Shown piece by piece: positions 53,679-63,943 of a DNA stretch of 64,000 nt. The notes beneath the pieces are model-generated. The model searched no databases. It saw only the letters and a list, made by a program, of their open reading frames with translations, and was not told the origin of the DNA. A program made the translations under genes and the position numbers. Origin of the DNA: a virus; IMG/VR virus record IMGVR_UViG_3300032770_000019, positions 1 to 64,000 of that record; one strand, given 5' to 3'. The stretch's first letter is position 1. The number at the start of each line of letters is the position of its first letter.

Positions 53679-56600
53679 TTACATCGTCCTATCGGTACGC
53701 CAGCTTGGCGTGTACACTAGAACGATGTTCGGTGCACCTTCGATGCAGTACGCAAGCAAGTTTGTATCCGGAATCTGAAGCTGGAGTGGACCGCCACTTA
53801 CTAGGCTGCTACCTAGGACGGATTGTGCGGAGTCTCGATCTTGCTGCGTTCCAAGAACTCTACCGATGTCGTGAAGGGTCGAAGGCTCGTCAACGTAGAA
53901 TGTCGTATAGGTAACGGGCGAGCTAATTAGCACCAGCTGACCCTGCGTATCCAGGAAGAAGCAGTCCAAGAAGCGATCATTGGTATCCGTGCTGGTTACG
54001 GTAATCGTGTAGTACGCAAGGTAGTTGTCCGGAGCAACATCTAGAACCGGGAGGGTAATCTCTCCTACTGTTACGAATCCGTTACCTAGGGGTAGGTTGT
54101 TAGGCGTAATTGTCGTACTAACCGACAAGGGGCTAGCAGCACCGCCGTCATTCGGGTACTGCTTTACGGTAACAGTAAGCGTACGGGAATTAGCAGGAGT
54201 GTCCCACGAATAGGCTACAAGCACTACGGAATACGTGCCGTTGAATTGCGGGTTAGCCGCTGGGTCAAGGGACGAAACCGCGTACTCGGTACCGCCATTG
54301 GGAACGTCGCCGCCGTTACCGACACCTACTAGCGGCATGAGGTTTGCCGGCGTATTCGTACCCGGAATGTGTAGCAAGCATGTCTGGAATGGCGGATATA
54401 CCGGCGTGTACGTCAGCTGCACCTGACCGTTACCACCGGTACCGCTGTAGTGATACGTACCTCCCGTTCCGGAGGAGTTACCGCTGGCACCGCCTCCCGG
54501 GTTACCGCCGTTAAGGCCGCCGTAGTTACCGGGTAGTGTACCGCCGTTTGCGCCACGACCACCGCCAGTAACTGCGGCACCTCCGGTAGCACCGGACGCA
54601 TTATTACCAGCGGCAGAAGTACCGGCAGCTGAACCGCCACCGCCGGAATGCCCGCCGCTACCGCCTACACCGGCAGCTCCCGAACCACCGGCATGTCCTC
54701 CCGTACCTGCTGCTCCTCCAGCTCCTGCGGTACCCGAAGAACCGCCGGTTAGTGCATTACCACCGTTCTTACCCGAGTTAGCAGTTACCGTTACGGAGTC
54801 ACCGGTAAACGTCGTGGTACCTTGCGCACCGGGAAAGTCCACGTAGAGGCTATACATATTACCAGCGGTGACCGCTACTGAAGCGTTAGCTGCCGTTCCG
54901 CCACCGCCAGCTCCGCCAGCGCAGGCGTTAGCCCCTTCCGAATCTCCCGAGTTACCACCTGAGCCGGTATTAAGAACGGAGACGGTACTGACACCGAATG
55001 GACACGTCCACTGATAGTTACCGGGAGAGTTGAACGTAACGGTTTGGGCTACTCCGGAGCCTTGCGGTTGAGCTGCCTGAATTGATACCGGAGTCCGAGC
55101 GGTACCGAGAGCACCATTAATCTGGTACATATAGCCACGGTTATTCGTCACCGGATTCAAGGACACCGGGTTAGCCGTGAGAACGTCCAGCGACGGGACG
55201 GTATACCGCAGCTTCTGAGCTGACTTCCAGTTGGTAATCGTGATTGACCAGCCGGTGACGTTCGCCCAGTTAAACTGAGTGCTCGAAGGTAGGGGTACGC
55301 TTACGTACTGCCATTTCGGAGCAGAAAGCTTCATGCTGGCACGCACCTGATACGTTTTACCGAATGTTAGCGTAAGTCCGTTGCTATCGGTTAGCGTATA
55401 GAATAGGTGGATGTCGGCTTTCTTTGTCGTACCCCAGAGATAGTTCCAGCCCCATACCGTTGGATCAGCCGAGAAGCCTAGCCAGTGTCCGAGCGAAGCT
55501 TGACCGGTAAGGTTTAGCGACAAGCCGGTCTTCGAGTACACTGCCCAGTTATTATTCCTAGTATAGCCAGTATACTGCGCAGCTACGTTACCTTGCTTGG
55601 CGGAGCTAATACCCTTCCATAGCGACGGGAAACTACTCTGGAACTGCTCAATAGTCACCGGCGAAACGGGAGCCGATCCGGTTCCAGCCAGCGGGTTGAC
55701 GAACGTAACGGTCTGCGGTTGCTCACTACGACCGAACGGTGCCGCTGGTATGCTAAGGGTAAGCGTTCCTACGTACGTGGTACGATCGCGTCTGCTGGAG
55801 TAGTCAAGGGCGGATTGGTTTGCACGGTAGCAGTTGTAGATCATTGGCTCCGCAAGCAGATCCGTAAATGCGGATGCGGAGGAGTTGGCACCGTCGTCAA
55901 GGTAAAGGTAGTTAGTGTTAGGCGGAGTACCGATAAAGCCGATCGTTATAAAGCACTCAATGGCACCGGTTGGAGCTATACCCGCAATGCTAATCTGCTG
56001 AAAGCCGTCACTTGACTGCAGTGTTATGTTGCTTTGAACCGTAGCCGCTGAGATAACGGTATGCGAGCTGTTGCGAAACTGGATGCTGATATAGCAAGTA
56101 AAGGCAGCGGTGATTTGCGCCCAAATGCTGAACCCTGCACCCTGACCTGGAGATATAGAAACGACCGGACCAGTGATTGACGGGTACGCGGTCGAACCAT
56201 TAGGCTGTATGCGTCCCGAGTACGTACCGCCATGTGCGTACGTTGAGCTTTGAGTAAGGCCTGCACCATTTATGGCGGTCCAACCGGAGACACCCGATTC
56301 AAAGCTACCGTTACTAATAACGGCCGGACTAGGCGTTCCTGCGGCATAGTTATCGCGAATCCACGTTATGATGAATTCGTCTTGGTCGATAAGCTGAAGT
56401 AGCGTTTCCCGCGAGCTGGCCAGCGTAGGGTAGTCCGGAGCTTGAATGACTATCGGAAGCGTCATCAAGCGATTACCGGTTCGCGTACCGAACGGGCGCT
56501 CTCCGTCGAGAATGTTCTCTACCGTAGTATCGACAATCGGTAGTGGCGCACCCTGGTCATAGCCGGGCGACAAAGAGAAGATAGAACCGACCCCGCTGGC

Positions 56601-56681
56601 ACTTTGGCATTGCGGCAAGGTACAGTTAACGCCACCGCCTAGTAGTTCGATAGCGTTCGCAATAACGAGACTGTCGCTCAT
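53679..56681 (-). CDS. 1000-aa distal-tail-like protein with carbohydrate-binding-like and Gly-rich domains
   Basis: Follows TMP; NGSFESGVSGW; long GGAGGG tract. Confidence 0.75.
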   Translation of the reverse strand: MSDSLVIANAIELLGGGVNCTLPQCQSASGVGSIFSLSPGYDQGAPLPIVDTTVENILDGERPFGTRTGNRLMTLPIVIQAPDYPTLASSRETLLQLIDQDEFIITWIRDNYAAGTPSPAVISNGSFESGVSGWTAINGAGLTQSSTYAHGGTYSGRIQPNGSTAYPSITGPVVSISPGQGAGFSIWAQITAAFTCYISIQFRNSSHTVISAATVQSNITLQSSDGFQQISIAGIAPTGAIECFITIGFIGTPPNTNYLYLDDGANSSASAFTDLLAEPMIYNCYRANQSALDYSSRRDRTTYVGTLTLSIPAAPFGRSEQPQTVTFVNPLAGTGSAPVSPVTIEQFQSSFPSLWKGISSAKQGNVAAQYTGYTRNNNWAVYSKTGLSLNLTGQASLGHWLGFSADPTVWGWNYLWGTTKKADIHLFYTLTDSNGLTLTFGKTYQVRASMKLSAPKWQYVSVPLPSSTQFNWANVTGWSITITNWKSAQKLRYTVPSLDVLTANPVSLNPVTNNRGYMYQINGALGTARTPVSIQAAQPQGSGVAQTVTFNSPGNYQWTCPFGVSTVSVLNTGSGGNSGDSEGANACAGGAGGGGTAANASVAVTAGNMYSLYVDFPGAQGTTTFTGDSVTVTANSGKNGGNALTGGSSGTAGAGGAAGTGGHAGGSGAAGVGGSGGHSGGGGSAAGTSAAGNNASGATGGAAVTGGGRGANGGTLPGNYGGLNGGNPGGGASGNSSGTGGTYHYSGTGGNGQVQLTYTPVYPPFQTCLLHIPGTNTPANLMPLVGVGNGGDVPNGGTEYAVSSLDPAANPQFNGTYSVVLVAYSWDTPANSRTLTVTVKQYPNDGGAASPLSVSTTITPNNLPLGNGFVTVGEITLPVLDVAPDNYLAYYTITVTSTDTNDRFLDCFFLDTQGQLVLISSPVTYTTFYVDEPSTLHDIGRVLGTQQDRDSAQSVLGSSLVSGGPLQLQIPDTNLLAYCIEGAPNIVLVYTPSWRTDRTM

Positions 56682-59600
56682 GTCTGCGCAGCTCCGTGAA
56701 TCGAAGCAGTCATTGCCTGATGTGCCGTGCCGTTAAGAACACGTCCCATTGCGGCGCCCATCTGCGGACCGCTGGCTTTAACGCATGCAATCAACTGATC
56801 AAGCTTTCGTCCAATGTCGTCACCGTTAGCTCCCTTTGCCAGTGCGATAAACGCACGACGCTCTTCCGGAGTTAGTACCTCTTCCATTCCTCCGGTACGG
56901 TTAGTGACTAGGCGAGTTCCTGGCGGAAGTGGTCCGCCCTTGTCGTACCAGCCGTACGCTTGTTCGTGTGCCCACGCTTTTTCCGGCGTTCCGTATATCG
57001 ATCTAATGTAGTTGTGCATCCAAACGATTTGGTCGCCGGCACCGCCGCTGTTAGCTGAGCGGTCACCGGAAAGGTTAAGACCGTATCCACCGTACTCGTT
57101 ACCGAGAGATCCTCCGCCACCAGGAACACCGTGACCTAGTGCCTGAGCGATGCCCAACGCACCGGAACCCGGATTCTGTGCACGGCTGTTCCAGCCAGCT
57201 TCACGCATTTCGACAGCGTTCCACGCTAGCCAGTTCTGTCCGGTACTCCATTCCGGGTACATTCGTCTGGCCAGCGCAGCATTTTGTCCAGCTGTTCCGC
57301 CTGGCGTAAGTGCTCCGGTAATTCCGGCTGCTGTCTGAGCAGCGATGTTTTCCGCTTTAAACGCATGTGCCTTAATACCGCCGAACAGTCCCTCCATTAG
57401 TGACTTTCCTCCTTCGAACATTACGCTCGAAGGACTAAACCAGCCCCAAATCTTCTTAAAGATGCTAATGATTCCGTCAGCAAAACTAGTGAAGAAGTGC
57501 TCGATATCTCCTGCGATACTTTTGGCACCGTTCCAGATACTTGTTATCGCAGTCTTACCGATAGCGTACATTCCACTACCGAGGCGACTAAATGCTCCGA
57601 GTATCTTACCGGGTATTGCTTCGAAGAAGCTTACGATATCGCCCCAGACGTTCTTGATCGTTGAGAACATCGAATTCCACGCATTCGACGCATTGGTCTT
57701 CATACCGGACCAAACGTCGTTAGCGAAATTCTTTATGCTATTCCATACTCCCTTTAGCCATCCGAATATCGTATTCCAGATATTCTGAATGAACTGCCAG
57801 ATCTGTTCGTGATACTTGTAGATTACGCCACCGACACCGAGAAGTAGTGGCCACCACTGCTTAGCAAAGTTGAGAAAGTCGTTCCACGTTCCCTTTAGGA
57901 AGCTTACGATAGCGTCCCAGGTCTTGACAATTACGTTCCAGATCTGCGCATGATACTTCACGATCAGCGTTACGAGAATAGCTATTGCAATACCTATTGC
58001 CACAAACGGGTTCGTCGCCATTGCAAGAGTAAGAAGCTTCCATGCAATTACCAGTCCGGCTAGTACCGGAAGCATCGGCTTAAGTGCGCCTTCGAGTAGG
58101 GTAGTAAGCCACCTAACAATCTCAGTAAACGTCGGTACCAGCGGGAGAAGCAGTTTCAGGAGCGCGGATAGAACGGCTGCCGCCTGCCCGGCTAGCAGCG
58201 CAACGAACTGCGCAAACAAGTTAATGATCTGCGGTAGTACCGGTGCAAGGCCAACGAGAAGAGCTTCGATTACCTTAGCCAGTGGCTTGAGAACTTCGTC
58301 AAGCGCATTGGCTAGTACGAACATAACGCCGGAATTTTCGAGTACCTGGAAGACACTAGCAAACGCCTGCGCAAATACCTTCAAGCCGGGAGAGATCGCA
58401 ATAATCAGGTCGGCTACCAGCTTTAGGGAGCTAGCCAAACTACCAATTACCGCGGCAGCCAGCTTTCCTAGTACTTCGCCAACGGAAACGATAATCGGCT
58501 CAACTGCTTCGAACGCCTTAGTAAACGCAACAATTACGGGTCCGAGAAGCTTAGCAAAGACGCTGGCGAGCGTTCCAATAATCGGTAGCAACTGTCCGAT
58601 TGCTCCGAGAACGGCTTTAAGCACCTGAGCCGAGTCCGCCACCGCTGGTGCCATATCTCGGAAGAAGCCACTAAGGTCCTTACCCAGCTCTTCGAATACC
58701 TGTGCTAGGGTACCCATCACCGGAACGGTAGCCTTTACGAGCTCAATCAGTCCCGGGAAGATATCCTTGACGAGTCCTAGTAGCGTATCAACGAACGGTG
58801 CAAACGCAGGTGCCGCTGCCGACATTAGATCGAGGACCTGCTTAATAACGCCGGCAAGGCTATTAAAGATCGGCTGCAACTGCGGTGCGATGGTCTTAAA
58901 AATACTGGTCAGCTGCGGGAGAATTGCGTGTACGAGCTGCGTTACCTGACCAAGGATCTTCGTAATTGCCGGTACCATCGGAGCAAAGGCTGCTTCAATG
59001 GTCGTAGTTAGCGATCCCGTTACCTGCTTGCCAGCGGCATTCTGACCGCCGAATAGACTAGTAAAGGCGCTCTTTAGCTGCGGGCTAGCAGCTGCTAGCT
59101 TAGCGGTCAGGCCACCGATAAGAGCGACGCCCATTCCGATACCGGTAAAGCCGCCAAGTGCCGGAAGGGTAGCCATTGCCGAAGCAATACCGGTTGCTAG
59201 TGCACCGGTCTTACCGAACGTTGTATTAGAAAGGAACGAACGAATGAAGTGGTAACCGTAGTTGCGACCGGCATCGTCAGCCGAGTTACTTCCTCCCCCG
59301 CCACCGCCTCCCTTAAAGATAGCAGTAACTAGCCCGATAGTACGGGACTTAAAGCTAGAGCTAAAGTGCGACCCCGACTCACTACCGGCGGCATCCGCTG
59401 AGGCATCGTCCGCCTGCACCCGTACCTTTTCGGTAACCTCTCCAGGTGCACTAATCCCGGGACCGACCTGTACCTGTCGGACATTCTGCGTAACCGTACC
59501 GGCAGTGGCTTGACGGACGACATTCTGCGTAACGTCCTGTACGACCCGCTGGGTATCCGTTCCGCTAACTCCGGCACCGAGCTGCGGTGAGCCGCCTCTA

Positions 59601-59923
59601 AGCTGGTTCTGCAACTGCTGACGCAACAGGCGCTGCAGGGTCTGGTCGGTACCCGTTCCGATAAGACCGATGCCACCCGGCGCAGCTGCGGACTGCTCTA
59701 GCTTCTTAAGGAGTGTCGGATCGCTTCCGAGTAGCCCCTGACCTTGCGCCTCTACTCGGCTACGGTGACCTCCCTCGACATCCGTCTTTACCTTGATCGT
59801 AATGTCTTTAGAAAGCTCCGCGCGCAGCTTATCGTAATCGGCCCTAGCAGCGTTTACATCCCGCTGGAACTGGTCGCGCTTAAGTGTTAGCGTAGCCTCG
59901 ATTGCACCGGCATCGAATGTCAT
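56678..59923 (-). CDS. tape measure protein with C-terminal lytic transglycosylase-like domain
   Basis: 1081 aa; helical and W-spaced repeats; REAGWNSRAQNPGSGALGIAQ...YIRSIYG. Confidence 0.92.
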   Translation of the reverse strand: MTFDAGAIEATLTLKRDQFQRDVNAARADYDKLRAELSKDITIKVKTDVEGGHRSRVEAQGQGLLGSDPTLLKKLEQSAAAPGGIGLIGTGTDQTLQRLLRQQLQNQLRGGSPQLGAGVSGTDTQRVVQDVTQNVVRQATAGTVTQNVRQVQVGPGISAPGEVTEKVRVQADDASADAAGSESGSHFSSSFKSRTIGLVTAIFKGGGGGGGSNSADDAGRNYGYHFIRSFLSNTTFGKTGALATGIASAMATLPALGGFTGIGMGVALIGGLTAKLAAASPQLKSAFTSLFGGQNAAGKQVTGSLTTTIEAAFAPMVPAITKILGQVTQLVHAILPQLTSIFKTIAPQLQPIFNSLAGVIKQVLDLMSAAAPAFAPFVDTLLGLVKDIFPGLIELVKATVPVMGTLAQVFEELGKDLSGFFRDMAPAVADSAQVLKAVLGAIGQLLPIIGTLASVFAKLLGPVIVAFTKAFEAVEPIIVSVGEVLGKLAAAVIGSLASSLKLVADLIIAISPGLKVFAQAFASVFQVLENSGVMFVLANALDEVLKPLAKVIEALLVGLAPVLPQIINLFAQFVALLAGQAAAVLSALLKLLLPLVPTFTEIVRWLTTLLEGALKPMLPVLAGLVIAWKLLTLAMATNPFVAIGIAIAILVTLIVKYHAQIWNVIVKTWDAIVSFLKGTWNDFLNFAKQWWPLLLGVGGVIYKYHEQIWQFIQNIWNTIFGWLKGVWNSIKNFANDVWSGMKTNASNAWNSMFSTIKNVWGDIVSFFEAIPGKILGAFSRLGSGMYAIGKTAITSIWNGAKSIAGDIEHFFTSFADGIISIFKKIWGWFSPSSVMFEGGKSLMEGLFGGIKAHAFKAENIAAQTAAGITGALTPGGTAGQNAALARRMYPEWSTGQNWLAWNAVEMREAGWNSRAQNPGSGALGIAQALGHGVPGGGGSLGNEYGGYGLNLSGDRSANSGGAGDQIVWMHNYIRSIYGTPEKAWAHEQAYGWYDKGGPLPPGTRLVTNRTGGMEEVLTPEERRAFIALAKGANGDDIGRKLDQLIACVKASGPQMGAAMGRVLNGTAHQAMTASIHGAAQT

Positions 59924-60294
59924 AGCCGCTTACCTGCGATCGGTAGCTCCGGAGGCTTCTCTAGCCAATCAGCTTTACCTGAGATAGGCGTAACGTTGAT
60001 ACCTACCTGTTCAAGCGTTAGCTGTCGACCGCCGCTGGTATTCGTACCCGGCTGAGCAGTAGAAGGAGACGCATCCGGGTTGCCCATCGCACCCTCCTTC
60101 TGAAAGCCTTCGAGGTACATTCGCTTCTTATACCACTCGAGCTCTTCCCATTCCTCCGGTTCATAGCCAAGATATCGCTTTGCGGCGTAGTAGATCAGGC
60201 GCCTTTCACTGTACGCATCGGCGGGAGCTGCAGTAGCTGACCATTGCCCGGAGCCCGATTCGTCGTAGCGGCGCCAAAGTCTTCCGGGCGCAGC
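59920..60294 (-). CDS. tail assembly chaperone frameshift extension
   Basis: -1 frame open from 60294 through YYAAKRYLGYEPEEW...; sits between TAC and TMP. Confidence 0.65.
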   Translation of the reverse strand, partial: AAPGRLWRRYDESGSGQWSATAAPADAYSERRLIYYAAKRYLGYEPEEWEELEWYKKRMYLEGFQKEGAMGNPDASPSTAQPGTNTSGGRQLTLEQVGINVTPISGKADWLEKPPELPIAGKRL

Positions 60295-60656
60295 TCACCC
60301 GCAAGCCAAACGAAGAAGCGCATCCGGATACGTAGCGGAAGCTTAAGCAGCTGTGCCTCGCTAGGCTGATTCTTGCACAGCTTAGCGAAGATCTTAGCCA
60401 TCTGCTTCATGACGTCCGCGATACCGATAGTTGCATCCTCAGGAAGGTCAGCTAGCGCGATAAGCAGTTCCTCCGGTGAGGTATCACTATCGGTAATACC
60501 GACCTGCTCCAGGACATTCTTCGACATTCCGGAGAGATCCTTGAATAGAGTATCGATAGCCTTGTCGGACGGCTCGGGTATCGTTCCCTTTCCCGCATCG
60601 AACCTGGTGAAGTCCCAGTCGAGCGGCTCGACAATTGTTCCTGCATCGAAGCCCAT
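60195..60656 (-). CDS. tail assembly chaperone
   Basis: Between major tail and TMP; GTIPEPSD. Confidence 0.8.
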   Translation of the reverse strand: MGFDAGTIVEPLDWDFTRFDAGKGTIPEPSDKAIDTLFKDLSGMSKNVLEQVGITDSDTSPEELLIALADLPEDATIGIADVMKQMAKIFAKLCKNQPSEAQLLKLPLRIRMRFFVWLAGELRPEDFGAATTNRAPGNGQLLQLPPMRTVKGA

Positions 60657-60668
60657 TTCGCCTTCCCC

Positions 60669-61277
60669 TTACGAGGTAGCGTTGGCCAGGAAGTCCGAGA
60701 TCGCGATCTGGCTGAGGTCGCACAGTGCGTTCAGCGTAATCGGGTAAAGTCGGGCATTCGCGGCACGACGGAAGTTGGTCGTAACGGTACCAGCGGACAT
60801 AATCTTCGGAACGTAGTACACCCGGGGGTAGCCGAGGTTATTCGTCCCTAGAAGTGCGCACGCCAGCAGTGCGAAGTTCGTGGAAAGCTTGAGTACCTGC
60901 ATCTGCGGCTGACCTGCACCGGCAGCGTAAGGCGTAATGGTACCGCCACCGCCGTATGCTAGGTTAATATTGACGAGGTTTTCCTCCGAAAGCGTAGTGG
61001 TAATCTGGAAGGTCGCCGTACTAACCAGCGAGGCAACCGGAATCGGAGTTTCCTCGATCTGAATCAGCGACATGTTCGGCGTGAAGGCGTTCTGGACCCC
61101 CTGGTCCGTTGCGCCATTGTACGTCCAACCGCTGGTAGCCCACTGAGTCGAGTCACCGTAGTTGTCCAGCGATGGCGGAGCAGTTCCGTACGGTGCCGTA
61201 AAGAGGTAAGCCACTCCGTACAGCACCTGCGTGGTATCGTATGCCGGTGGGATGAACTCGGTACCGAGGTTAGCCAC
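60669..61277 (-). CDS. major tail (tube) protein
   Basis: W.Y.GAT..GV, L.E..L.N; position. Confidence 0.82.
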   Translation of the reverse strand: MANLGTEFIPPAYDTTQVLYGVAYLFTAPYGTAPPSLDNYGDSTQWATSGWTYNGATDQGVQNAFTPNMSLIQIEETPIPVASLVSTATFQITTTLSEENLVNINLAYGGGGTITPYAAGAGQPQMQVLKLSTNFALLACALLGTNNLGYPRVYYVPKIMSAGTVTTNFRRAANARLYPITLNALCDLSQIAISDFLANATS

Positions 61278-61289
61278 TGGTTATCCTCC

Positions 61290-61664
61290 TTACGGTGAAA
61301 CGGTAGGAATCGAAATGACGGCAGCAGCTACGGTCGTTGTTACGCCGGAAAGCGTAATAACCATCGTCCCGCCAGGCTGGAAGTTCTGGTTGAAGTGCGC
61401 CGGGCTATACGGTCCTAGGATCCACGACTTGGTTGTCGGGATGCTTACCGTACGAGTATTCGTAGGAACGACCGATTCGATCGCTGCAGTAATAACCGGA
61501 GTGCAGATCAGCGTGCCCGTGCTACCGTTGTAGATAATAACACCGAGGTTGCCGCTGTTCGCGAAGGCAATACCGTTACCCGATGTAATCGAAACCAGCG
61601 CCGCATTCGAGATATCGACACCGTTTTGGCTGATTGCTACGGGAGCCAGTGTAGTGTTCGCCAT
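61290..61664 (-). CDS. virion structural protein
   Basis: T/S/G-rich, ILGPY; tail operon. Confidence 0.6.
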   Translation of the reverse strand: MANTTLAPVAISQNGVDISNAALVSITSGNGIAFANSGNLGVIIYNGSTGTLICTPVITAAIESVVPTNTRTVSIPTTKSWILGPYSPAHFNQNFQPGGTMVITLSGVTTTVAAAVISIPTVSP

Positions 61665-61960
61665 TACTGCTCCTCGATGTCGATACCGGCTTCACGAGCC
61701 GCACGGAGGAGAGGTCCGACCCTATCCGGCTTGACCGGGGTCCAGTCCGTACCGATTTCGATACCGCACCAGATGAAGCCGATAGCGTTAGGCGTTACCA
61801 CCCGCAGCTTCGGTCCTTCCACTTCCGTTTTCTCGGTAGCCACTACCTCTTCTCCCGCTGGCCTACCGGCACCCGGAGGATTCGGTGGTGCATCGCCTTG
61901 CGGCACCGACAAGGGCAGCGTAGGCTGCGGCTTGCTTTCGTCCTCCCACGCTTCGCTCAT
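61664..61960 (-). CDS. hypothetical protein
   Basis: Operon packing. Confidence 0.55.
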   Translation of the reverse strand: MSEAWEDESKPQPTLPLSVPQGDAPPNPPGAGRPAGEEVVATEKTEVEGPKLRVVTPNAIGFIWCGIEIGTDWTPVKPDRVGPLLRAAREAGIDIEEQ

Positions 61961-61963
61961 TTT

Positions 61964-62407
61964 TCACACTCCAATCACAGCACGATACGTGCACGTATAG
62001 TCATAGCGGAAAGCCTGATCCGGAGGTCCTAGCGGTGCCGGCGAACCAGCGGCGCGTGTCACCAACGACACCTTGGTGTCGATACTTACTAGGTCGTTGG
62101 CGAAGTTTAGCGTTACCGGAAACTTCGCATTCAGAATCCGAAAATCGATATCCTGAGCGAGGATCTCACCGCTGGCCTGGTTGTTCTGATCGCTCCGCAC
62201 ACGCACCTGAAAGGTAGGCTGGTCTACGGCTCCTTCCATTGCGTATCCGAGTCCCGGCAAAAGGGTCACCGTGATTAGGCGATCCGGCATTTCGTGTATG
62301 TACGGACCCATCATTATCGCAGGCCAGCTGATCGGCGGAGTGGGCGGAAGTGTCGAAAGGGATGCAAGCCAATCGACCAGCGTTCCGACCGTCAATGCCG
62401 GCATCAC
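61964..62407 (-). CDS. tail terminator-like protein
   Basis: PDRLITVT..PG...PTFQVRVRS; position. Confidence 0.7.
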   Translation of the reverse strand: MMPALTVGTLVDWLASLSTLPPTPPISWPAIMMGPYIHEMPDRLITVTLLPGLGYAMEGAVDQPTFQVRVRSDQNNQASGEILAQDIDFRILNAKFPVTLNFANDLVSIDTKVSLVTRAAGSPAPLGPPDQAFRYDYTCTYRAVIGV

Positions 62408-62985
62408 GCACCGCCTTTGTAGTTCGGCGGATGTTCGTGATGCTCAACGTGCCACCAGATCCAGCCAAGAAGTTCCGGAGGCAGCGGAGTACGCCGTGCC
62501 TTTTCTCGCAGCTCTTCTTCGGTCAAGCGATGCACCTGCGGAGGTCGCTCGTAAACGACCTCATCGTTATCCGTGACTGAAGGGTGACCGGAGTGATGAA
62601 GATCGCCCCACAGGAACGGTGCATGACCTTCGACACCGCCGATACCGGCAAGGTCCTCAACAGCATCCCGCATCGCACGGTGAAGCCCGCCCTCTTCGAA
62701 GGCCTGCCGGGCAATCTCCTCGAAGTACTCGTCACGATGTTCGTAAAGCGGTACCTCTAGGTACTTAGCCATTCCGCCGCGCGGGTGATGCAGATCGAGG
62801 CGCTCGTGCTGGTAATGCGCATAGATCTGATCCACGACTACGTGTCCAACGAGGTCCCCGTGACCTACCCTTTCGGATAGCTCACGAAGACCCTCATCGA
62901 ACGTTCGTGTCACCGTACCTGCCTTGAATGTACCTAAGCGACCAGCTAATCTGACGGCGCGCATTCCGACGAGAACGTCTAGCAC
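62404..62985 (-). CDS. neck / tail completion protein (start possibly 62913)
   Basis: YAHYQHE..D.HHPRGG.AKYLE.PL. Confidence 0.7.
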   Translation of the reverse strand: MLDVLVGMRAVRLAGRLGTFKAGTVTRTFDEGLRELSERVGHGDLVGHVVVDQIYAHYQHERLDLHHPRGGMAKYLEVPLYEHRDEYFEEIARQAFEEGGLHRAMRDAVEDLAGIGGVEGHAPFLWGDLHHSGHPSVTDNDEVVYERPPQVHRLTEEELREKARRTPLPPELLGWIWWHVEHHEHPPNYKGGA

Positions 62986-62997
62986 GCCACCAGTTTC

Positions 62998-63189
62998 TCA
63001 CGCGTTGTCTTCCCGTTCCGCCTTAGCAGCTTCGAGTAGATCGCCGAGCTGCCTGTGGAAGTACTCGACGTGCTGAGCGTTCTCGGTAATCTCTACCGAA
63101 GACACGCGGCTCTGCTGCACCCAAAGATCGACGCCAAGGTTGCCGCCGATAACGATGTTCTGACCGTCACGTCTTGCGTGCAACGTCAC
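62998..63189 (-). CDS. hypothetical protein
   Basis: Operon packing. Confidence 0.5.
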   Translation of the reverse strand: MTLHARRDGQNIVIGGNLGVDLWVQQSRVSSVEITENAQHVEYFHRQLGDLLEAAKAEREDNA

Positions 63190-63205
63190 TAGTCGTCACC
63201 GCCCA

Positions 63206-63727
63206 CTAGATAATTCCCCAATCTTCCAGCGCAGGGTCGATTGACGGTCCTTGTCCATCGTCGCTTCCCTGCGAAATCTTTAGTCCGACATCCGACAGCT
63301 GGAACATCGGAACGGTCTGAGCGCCCGTTGAACCGCCCGGCTGGAATACCGAAGGACCTGAACGTGTAGGCGGTACATCGGCATCCGTAGTTGGCGTGCT
63401 ATCCAGCAGGCCCTGCTTGATCTGCGTTAGGGTCGTCCTAGCATCCTGGTACTGCAACACGACCGGGTGGTACTGATCGAGAGACTTACCTTTACGGTAT
63501 GCCAAGGTTGCGTAGTACGACCCCAACGCGATAACCACACCGCAGACCAGCGACGGGGCATTGTCCGCCGTGTAGGTCGTTCCGGTCGTTGCATCTACAA
63601 GGTCTTGTCCCCGCTGGATGTGCCTAGCGAGTTGCTCGTCAGTGAGCTCACCGCACGTACCGACCACGTTACCATCCGGGGCAACCGCTTCCCGAATGTC
63701 CTGCGGCAGTACGTACGGATCGCTCAT
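63206..63727 (-). CDS. head-tail adaptor (Mu gp36-like)
   Basis: Y....DI...; Y.DA...L..I..G; position. Confidence 0.72.
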   Translation of the reverse strand: MSDPYVLPQDIREAVAPDGNVVGTCGELTDEQLARHIQRGQDLVDATTGTTYTADNAPSLVCGVVIALGSYYATLAYRKGKSLDQYHPVVLQYQDARTTLTQIKQGLLDSTPTTDADVPPTRSGPSVFQPGGSTGAQTVPMFQLSDVGLKISQGSDDGQGPSIDPALEDWGII

Positions 63728-63943
63728 CTACTCCTCCTCGTTGCCCTTTCCGTACACTTGGGCCTTTTCCGCATCGTTGAGCTTGCGAATGGCTCCCTTG
63801 CGCAGGAACTCCTCGGCGAGCGACCTACGCATACGGACATGCCGGTTAGCCTGAACCAGCGTTCCGTGGCTGCTGATCGGACGCAGCGTAACTGCATGCA
63901 CGATCGGCTCGGCCGCCGGGGCCTCCACTTCAGTATCGGACAC
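63728..63943 (-). CDS. small protein, probably following the capsid gene
   Basis: SD GGGAGG. Confidence 0.55.
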   Translation of the reverse strand: MSDTEVEAPAAEPIVHAVTLRPISSHGTLVQANRHVRMRRSLAEEFLRKGAIRKLNDAEKAQVYGKGNEEE

